From an uncultured virus (IMG/VR IMGVR_UViG_3300012267_000003) (taxonomy: Duplodnaviria > Heunggongvirae > Uroviricota > Caudoviricetes): DNA of 64,000 bases. This document shows positions 57,958 through 64,000 of this stretch, piece by piece. The notes beneath the pieces were generated by a model. It had not been told where the DNA came from, ran no database searches, and was given only the letters and a program-made list of their open reading frames with translations. The stretch lies in IMG/VR virus record IMGVR_UViG_3300012267_000003; one strand, written 5' to 3'. How positions within the stretch are numbered: the stretch's first letter is position 1; the number at the start of each line of letters is the position of its first letter. The translations under genes and the position numbers were made by a program.

Positions 57958-58685
57958 TACATGAAGATCTGGAAATGCGTAGTACGAATACGAGAAGAGG
58001 TGTAGTAGTGGGTCTGAACTTTGGAAAGCTATCAGATGTTATGGGTTCGTTGGAGTCCAGTACGGGTAAATTGGTGGTGTTATCCTGTTTATGTACGGGG
58101 TGGACTCTACTTTTGTTGGACCCCCCAGAAACCTATGTGTTTTGGCTATCTACAATAACCTTTTTACTATCTTATTGGATAGCCTTCGGGGTTGTTTTTA
58201 AGCGCCCAGTTCTGAGACTAATTTGGAAGCTGAAACCACAGGTGCGTAATTTTCAAGATGTGTTGCGACTACTACCCGAAGACATGCGATGTTTTTTACT
58301 GTATTGTGTGTGTTTAGGTACTCCCCATTTTAAAAAGTTTTGGGGTTCTGGGCAACCTGTTCCTCCTGTTCTAGGCAAACTGGTCCGCCGGGATATGGTT
58401 TTAGTTCACCCCGATTCCGATAACTCGTATTATACGATTGATGGAGATTTTTGGGAATTTATTCGGAGTCATGAAGATGCGCTGTTTAATATCCCACCAT
58501 TAGCTGGGGATATTTTTGATGCGTATTCTTTTGTGTCGGATTACAGAGACTACCTTGGATCTTGGTCCGAGCCCTATACGCCTTTTCCACATCCATTGCT
58601 GAGCTATATTAAAACGGAACCCACCACAGGATCCCCATCCAACAAACCCAGCCCCCACGACCTACCACAAAGCTCTTCCTATTGA
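57954..58685 (+). CDS. two-TM membrane protein, SieB (superinfection exclusion B)-like
   Basis: Two hydrophobic helices then LRLLPEDMRCFL..LGKLVRRDMV..YTIDGDFWEFI, a winged-helix-like pattern. Confidence 0.45.
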   Translation: MIHEDLEMRSTNTRRGVVVGLNFGKLSDVMGSLESSTGKLVVLSCLCTGWTLLLLDPPETYVFWLSTITFLLSYWIAFGVVFKRPVLRLIWKLKPQVRNFQDVLRLLPEDMRCFLLYCVCLGTPHFKKFWGSGQPVPPVLGKLVRRDMVLVHPDSDNSYYTIDGDFWEFIRSHEDALFNIPPLAGDIFDAYSFVSDYRDYLGSWSEPYTPFPHPLLSYIKTEPTTGSPSNKPSPHDLPQSSSY

Positions 58686-58739
58686 CGAGTATGCACTGGT
58701 ATGGTAATGAGAATTATTCTACATCAGCCAAGGAAAAAT

Positions 58740-59351
58740 ATGTATGAAGATATGACAGGGATGGATCAGTCGTTTGCTCATACTGTACTGGAAGTAGACC
58801 AACTTTGGTATGCTTCTAGTATATATGACAAGGATGAGGATGCTCCCGCTTGTATTATAGGAAGGGAAGGGGATCAGATTTTACGAGTAGACAAAGGTCG
58901 TAGGGTTATAGTACCTAGTTTCCCCTACAAGTCGAGTCCTCTAGAGATCAAAAATCGTATTCGACAGGAAGAAGAGCTTGTTATATCTCTTTTAGACGCG
59001 ATAACTTGGGACGCCGCGTTACCTCGTAGGGAGGGCAAACTGTCACAAGAGTTGCTGGTTTCAGCTCTTACTGATATCGAGTCTTTGGATTTGAGGGCTT
59101 CCACGTTAATTATTTCTCCGGATGACGTACCTCTTTATGCGTCGGAACTATCCGTAGGGTTTCCCGAGTTCCGAGATACTTTTACGACTGAGGAGTTACG
59201 GGATAACCCTGATATGGTGATGAGCGCTTCCAATAGAGCCCATATTACCGTCATTGATGAGGAGGGTAATATTCGTATGTCTATAGGCTCTATCCCCTCC
59301 ACCAATAAAGTACAACACCACCGATGGCCGGATTCTCACCCTAAAAAGTAA
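58740..59351 (+). CDS. truncated major capsid protein paralogue 2
   Basis: IYDKDEDAPACIIGREGDQILRV, VPSFPYKSSP, RIRQEEELV; AAGGA SD; C-terminus unrelated to the MCP. Confidence 0.85.
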   Translation: MYEDMTGMDQSFAHTVLEVDQLWYASSIYDKDEDAPACIIGREGDQILRVDKGRRVIVPSFPYKSSPLEIKNRIRQEEELVISLLDAITWDAALPRREGKLSQELLVSALTDIESLDLRASTLIISPDDVPLYASELSVGFPEFRDTFTTEELRDNPDMVMSASNRAHITVIDEEGNIRMSIGSIPSTNKVQHHRWPDSHPKK

Positions 59352-59407
59352 AGAATGGTTATCCTTTTGTATTTACCTTTGGTTGGAATATACCAAAGGA
59401 ATTTAAC

Positions 59408-59911
59408 ATGAAGAAAACTTCCGCAATCCTGTCCTCTCTCAGAGCATTGCCCCAGCGGGGGTCCGTGGTAGAGTCCGTCCGCTTAAATAGTGAGGCGATG
59501 ATGGTACGTTTTGACGATGGTACTGGCATTTCTATGCCCATAACAGATTTTGAGGGGATCAGAGACGATGAGCATCTGGAAAATGCCATCTCTTGGTGTG
59601 AGACACTTTTCAATATGAAAAGGGCGCACGGGGTCGGAGGAGTTTTCCGCCGGGAAGAGTTAGAAATTCTAGTAGAGAAGGTGGTAGAAGATCCGCTTAT
59701 TGCAGATGCAGATAATCTTCGAGAACTTATTTTTCGTGCGACGATGCCGGACGAGGCTTTTACGGTAGGGGAGACGAAGACTACCTATAATAGTCCCGGT
59801 AGTCAGCCTCTATTACAAGAGCTACATTCGCAGTCGTTTTCAGATAAGATCTCTTCTGTGGCCCGGAAAGTAGCTTCCCGCTACATGGACCTTCTAAATT
59901 CTCACAAATAA
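59408..59911 (+). CDS. hypothetical protein
   Basis: AAGGA SD; TTATCCTTTTGTA motif at 59359; RKVASRY near the C-terminus. Confidence 0.75.
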   Translation: MKKTSAILSSLRALPQRGSVVESVRLNSEAMMVRFDDGTGISMPITDFEGIRDDEHLENAISWCETLFNMKRAHGVGGVFRREELEILVEKVVEDPLIADADNLRELIFRATMPDEAFTVGETKTTYNSPGSQPLLQELHSQSFSDKISSVARKVASRYMDLLNSHK

Positions 59912-59936
59912 TTGAACATATAGCCCGGTCTTATTC

Positions 59937-60137
59937 ATGCCTAAAATTGATTTCAATGCTCTGAATCTCAAAATCAGTCCCTTACAAGGGGGGAGTCTTA
60001 TTGAGGTAGGAGCCTTTAATAATAACGATCTGGCCAATTTTCAGACGATAGAAAATAATGACCGACAAGTACAATCAGCGCCGCTAGACGGTGCCAACCC
60101 ATCTGTTGGTACTTCAGAAGCAACCGAGGACGTATAA
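59937..60137 (+). CDS. hypothetical small protein
   Basis: TAATG coupling to the next gene. Confidence 0.55.
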   Translation: MPKIDFNALNLKISPLQGGSLIEVGAFNNNDLANFQTIENNDRQVQSAPLDGANPSVGTSEATEDV

Positions 60138-61177
60138 TGAGATATTCAGCAATTTGGACATCGAAGGGTCGACAGACTATTTCAATTCACGAAGATACCG
60201 TAGAGAAATTAAGAGATGATTTAAGATCATCTTTGGCTGCATCGAGTTTTGTTGTTTCTGACATAGCAAAATATTCTGGTAGTGACCCGGACAGCGATGG
60301 GTACGCTTTTATTGTCAAAAATGGGGCGAGGGAATGGCTTATTATGACCCCCCATAGCACTGACCCTAATAACTATATAGGGCGTATATTCACTGGTTCC
60401 ACAAATTCTGGGAATGTAGATGACTATTTCAAAAATTATGATGCCTCTTCTGCGAGTTGGTCTGAAGAGTCTAAGGTGTTGGTTCATTATAATTGCGGAA
60501 ATGAAAGCTATGGGATGGGGTTTGACGATGCCACTGCTTTGACCTACACGGGTGGCGATTTTTCTGCCCCTCTACACAACCCAGCATCCGCAGCTTATAC
60601 AGATTTCATGCCCGCTACAGAATGCCTACCGGGATATTACATGGATATCACATGGGACCGGTTCGATCGAATTCTCTTTGTGTTTGACGAGGACTCACCC
60701 AGCTTGGCTGTGTATTTAACCGATGGTTATGGTTTTGCAGCTTGCGGTCTTATGATGTTGGGGTCTATGACTGTTAATACAGATGGTGCGGATACAAATA
60801 CAGAGGCAACTCTATGTTTAGAGCTTGATTATGATGGTAGTCTTAAATGGGGTAGCATAGAGGCTGATCAAGCATACGCTTACAACTTGACCGGCGATGT
60901 GGAGCTTTTTGATTTATCATATACACAGGATCATTACACTTATGAGAATTCTCTTAATACATCTGGTGAGTACAAGTGGAAATCTATAACACTGGCAAGC
61001 GTAAGTTATGAAAAAGGAATTCTAGATACTAACTTAGTCAGACAATACGGTGCTTTTGCAAATTCGGCTCAGTATGGGAAAATAGTCAGTGGTCCCAATG
61101 GTCCGTTCTTAAAAACTACTTACAGTCTAGGGTTTCCGTACACTTTAAATACAGAGCGGTTTCCGTGGCCTGAATGA
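60137..61177 (+). CDS. probable virion structural protein
   Basis: S/T/G/Y/D-rich beta-type composition. Confidence 0.65.
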   Translation: MRYSAIWTSKGRQTISIHEDTVEKLRDDLRSSLAASSFVVSDIAKYSGSDPDSDGYAFIVKNGAREWLIMTPHSTDPNNYIGRIFTGSTNSGNVDDYFKNYDASSASWSEESKVLVHYNCGNESYGMGFDDATALTYTGGDFSAPLHNPASAAYTDFMPATECLPGYYMDITWDRFDRILFVFDEDSPSLAVYLTDGYGFAACGLMMLGSMTVNTDGADTNTEATLCLELDYDGSLKWGSIEADQAYAYNLTGDVELFDLSYTQDHYTYENSLNTSGEYKWKSITLASVSYEKGILDTNLVRQYGAFANSAQYGKIVSGPNGPFLKTTYSLGFPYTLNTERFPWPE

Positions 61178-61228
61178 GTTTGAAGTCTAAGATATCGTTT
61201 TACTGCATACAGAAAAAGGAGTAGTACT

Positions 61229-61660
61229 ATGGGCAAATATAAACAGAGCAGGTTAGTAGAGAATCTTATTCGGATCGGGGCGGATATTCCAAATTTGCAA
61301 GAGCACTTACGCCCTGTTTTGGATCATCTCAAGACGGCTTCTCAAAAGTTAGACTCTAGTGAGCGGAGAAGTGCGAATGCTGCTCTCCAAAGAGCAGGCT
61401 TTGACGGTAATGGTCGGTACCGTTCTGTAGGCACTGCCATCACAAAAGCCTTTCGAGTGTTAGAGGACTTTGGCATAGAGCCTGACGAGGTGTTTTCAGC
61501 TTTTGCCTATCAGAAGCCCGAAGGCACGGTCCCAATGAGTATTGCTTTTTCAAACCCGTCAGATCCGTTTAGCCCGGAGGCTATCTCCAACTCGGTCCTT
61601 CACTTTAGCTGGACCGAGCTAAGGCCCGACCACTTTGAAGTGGTCGCTTACCTCTCCTAA
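61229..61660 (+). CDS. protein with shared N-terminal tag
   Basis: LVENLIRIGADIPNLQEHLRPVLDHLKTAS; AAGGAG SD. Confidence 0.75.
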   Translation: MGKYKQSRLVENLIRIGADIPNLQEHLRPVLDHLKTASQKLDSSERRSANAALQRAGFDGNGRYRSVGTAITKAFRVLEDFGIEPDEVFSAFAYQKPEGTVPMSIAFSNPSDPFSPEAISNSVLHFSWTELRPDHFEVVAYLS

Positions 61661-61950
61661 GACCGGGTAGGGGCTAGTAGTTCATAGAGGTCGGGAGTCT
61701 GGTCCAAGGCTTCCTCGCAGATCTCAGACCCATCAAATGACAGCTCTTCCCAGTCCCCCGATGCTTCGATTTCCTCGACGTTTCCGAAACTGTCAGCCTC
61801 CGAGATATCATTGCAGAGGTCAAGAGCGTTTCCGTATTCATGGCATCGGTCATAATGTGCAAATTGCCGCTCGGGATTGTTGTAGTCAAATGCGGAGACG
61901 AAATGCATCCCCTCGTCGTCGGTAGAAATTTCGTAGGCTATAAAATTCAT
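61657..61950 (-). CDS. acidic hypothetical protein
   Basis: Likely start MNFIAYE after AAGGA. Confidence 0.55.
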   Translation of the reverse strand: MNFIAYEISTDDEGMHFVSAFDYNNPERQFAHYDRCHEYGNALDLCNDISEADSFGNVEEIEASGDWEELSFDGSEICEEALDQTPDLYELLAPTRS

Positions 61951-61987
61951 TAGGTACCATCCTTGGTAAAGCATTAAGGGGGATTTT

Positions 61988-62419
61988 TTACTCTTCGTCG
62001 CGTGTCGGCACTTCCGGGATAAGCATCCAGTACTCGTTGTTGGTGACCCGTCTCGAAATATCAGCTCGTAGGGCCACTTTATCTCCAAAGGCTTTGGCTT
62101 TATCTTCTGTATCGAACTCATAGAAGTGCATGAAGGTCGCCTCGGCATCGTCGTAACCACAGTGTCCGATGGTTAACAGAAGTTGATACACCGGAACCTG
62201 TTCCCCATTTTCCACCTTTGAAACTAAAACCACTTCGGGGAGCGCGTACTCATCGCTTTCGGGATGCCGCTGTCCCGCAAAGTGACGGGGACATTTGTGT
62301 TGCGTATCAAAGGGGCTGGATATCCATCCATAACCCCTACAAGGGCAATCAGAAGCCTCATCACGGGCAATAAGGCCCAGATTATTTCGAAAAGTATCAT
62401 ATGCGTATTGGAGGCTCAT
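61988..62419 (-). CDS. hypothetical protein with Cys/His motif
   Basis: CPCRGYGW..D..HKCPRH; AAGGA SD. Confidence 0.7.
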   Translation of the reverse strand: MSLQYAYDTFRNNLGLIARDEASDCPCRGYGWISSPFDTQHKCPRHFAGQRHPESDEYALPEVVLVSKVENGEQVPVYQLLLTIGHCGYDDAEATFMHFYEFDTEDKAKAFGDKVALRADISRRVTNNEYWMLIPEVPTRDEE

Positions 62420-62468
62420 GTCGTTTCCTTTCGTTCTTTAGTTGTTGTCATTTCGTCATGCTCACTTA

Positions 62469-62497
62469 ACTATACCCCAAGGTAGGACCCTCGTCAA
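62469..62497 (-). promoter_or_regulatory. sigma70-type promoter
   Basis: Minus strand TTGACG-N17-TATAGT. Confidence 0.65.
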
Positions 62498-62524
62498 AAA
62501 TGTTTTTTATCGACGCAAAAGCGG

Positions 62525-62537
62525 TAATCCTTTTATG
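62525..62537 (+). promoter_or_regulatory. putative late-promoter motif
   Basis: TAATCCTTTTATG. Confidence 0.6.
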
Positions 62538-62615
62538 AGATCTATAGGTATATCATTACCCGTGGCTTAGGGCGGCGGGTGTTTAGGAACCAATCTGGTA
62601 TGAGGAGTTGAAGGT

Positions 62616-63722
62616 ATGGCGAATAAAGAGTTTAGAAGTTATGTGGCTGCTGCAAAGATCAACATCGGTGTAGACAAGGAAACGAGCATCGCCGTTGATA
62701 AAGGCACGGTCGTAGAGTATAACGGTACAGTGGCTATTATTGAGGGAGAAGAGTACAATTTCCCGAAACTGAGTTCCGCGATCAAAGCCCGTTGGTTGGT
62801 AGATACGGAGGAGTTGGGCATTAATACAGCAGGTCCGTACCAGCCTCAGTCTGCTCATATTACTATGAGTGCGGCCACTCCCCAACAGAAAGATGTAGTG
62901 GCGTCCCGTGCTACTATTGCCGAGGAAGATCGGGAAGTAAGTAGCGTACAGGCTTTTCGTAGTGGAGAGCAACGAGATGCACAACAGCATCATGTACAGC
63001 AACAACAGCAACAACAGCAACAGGTACCGCAACATCGTCCGCCTTCCGCTGGGTTTCGAAATCAGATGGTTCTGGAACCTCAAGGTGGGGAAGAGGTTAG
63101 AGGTGTGAGTTTTACGACCAAAGCAGGATCCGAATCCCTTAAAGATTCGTTCCGAACAGATCAAGTAAGCCAAAATGCTACGCAGGAAGGCAACAGCAAT
63201 GCAAAGTTGGCGCAGTTCCAAGAGCTTGAACGGCAGAAAATGGAACGTGAGATTGCAGCATTGAAACAGCAGCTACAACAGCAAGCTCCGCAAGAGCAGG
63301 TACAGGTCCGTGAAGGTATTCAGTTCCGAACTGAGGGTATTTCAGAGAATGCTGCGGGCACAACACCTCAAACAGCGTCAAACCTTCCTGAAGGGATTTG
63401 GGACGGTCATGGTGCCGATGTAGTTGGGCAAGTAACAAAACAGGCTCAGGCTCAGGCCCCTCAACAGGCTCCACAGGTTCCACAGGCTCCTGAGTATGTG
63501 ACTCCTGAGATCTCTGTAGAAGATAAAGAATCTCGACTGGCATTTGCCCGGCAGATGATGCCCAATTTCGATTGGGATTTTGGACAGCACTGGAAGACCA
63601 AGCTCAAATCTTTGGAAACGAATGCCAATCCTCTATTTGTATGCACTGTGTATGCAGTAGAGTCTGATGCGATGAAAGTACATATTGCATCTCAGTTCCC
63701 GGATCTGAACCTTGGCGGTTAA
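62616..63722 (+). CDS. Gln-rich, largely disordered protein
   Basis: GAGGAG SD; poly-Q and QAP repeats between folded-looking ends. Confidence 0.8.
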   Translation: MANKEFRSYVAAAKINIGVDKETSIAVDKGTVVEYNGTVAIIEGEEYNFPKLSSAIKARWLVDTEELGINTAGPYQPQSAHITMSAATPQQKDVVASRATIAEEDREVSSVQAFRSGEQRDAQQHHVQQQQQQQQQVPQHRPPSAGFRNQMVLEPQGGEEVRGVSFTTKAGSESLKDSFRTDQVSQNATQEGNSNAKLAQFQELERQKMEREIAALKQQLQQQAPQEQVQVREGIQFRTEGISENAAGTTPQTASNLPEGIWDGHGADVVGQVTKQAQAQAPQQAPQVPQAPEYVTPEISVEDKESRLAFARQMMPNFDWDFGQHWKTKLKSLETNANPLFVCTVYAVESDAMKVHIASQFPDLNLGG

Positions 63723-63729
63723 TTGTCAG

Positions 63730-63752
63730 AGGGGGATCCGAAAGGGTCCCCT
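63730..63752 (+). other. GNRA-capped hairpin
   Basis: GGGGATCC-GAAA-GGGTCCCC. Confidence 0.55.
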
Positions 63753-63767
63753 TCATAGGTATGTGAT

Positions 63768-64000
63768 ATGCACAAGAGAATTGCCAAAAAACATATGTCT
63801 CGCATCTTGTGTGATTACCTCTTAAAAGCCGTTTCTACCGTAAGGGTAGACCTATCTAAAATTCAGGGGCTTACGGAAAGGGCGGTTGATCTTATTGACA
63901 GCTCCGAGTACCAAGAGGAAATCTACAAAGATGGTGGTGATATGATTTATACGTATCAGACCACCCTCGATCGAATGTTTGAGCAGATGGCTGTGGTTTC
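63768..64000 (+). CDS. hypothetical protein, truncated by the window end
   Basis: Open frame MHKRIAKKHMSRIL... to the window edge. Confidence 0.55.
   Translation, partial: MHKRIAKKHMSRILCDYLLKAVSTVRVDLSKIQGLTERAVDLIDSSEYQEEIYKDGGDMIYTYQTTLDRMFEQMAVV

Noticed and set aside
1..64000. Stop-codon reassignment as in some large phages
   Set aside because: Conserved genes are full length in code 11, and several end at TAG or TGA (ligA, recD2, ruvC, terL)

Overview
This is a 64-kb segment of a large tailed dsDNA phage (Caudoviricetes, probably jumbo). It uses the standard genetic code, and I see no rRNA, tRNA, CRISPR array, integrase or IS. Layout: (1) 0-12 kb is an accessory region with a Ro60/TROVE gene, sigma-like genes, a ~1.3-kb non-coding hairpin-rich region, a KH-domain gene and a degenerate HNH. 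(2) 12.7-40.5 kb is a replication/recombination block: clamp-loader delta', delta and gamma subunits, beta clamp, class I RNR with the ATP-cone on NrdB, NAD ligase, RecD2, SSB, RuvC, RecA plus a crippled second RecA, split SbcC, SbcD, PD-(D/E)XK nuclease, primase, NusG, 5'-3' exonuclease and a sigma-region-4 protein. (3) 40.5-57 kb is the head module: terminase, portal, prohead protease, scaffold, decoration protein and major capsid protein (MCP). (4) 57-64 kb holds two truncated MCP paralogues around a SieB-like membrane protein, then unknown late genes. The most notable signals are: a thrice-repeated hairpin with fully covarying stems in the non-coding region; apparently early-promoter-driven capsid paralogues; a shared N-terminal tag on unrelated proteins that co-occurs with a TAATCYTTT upstream motif; and several catalytically dead enzyme paralogues. 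All product calls come from motif recognition by eye, not from database searches.
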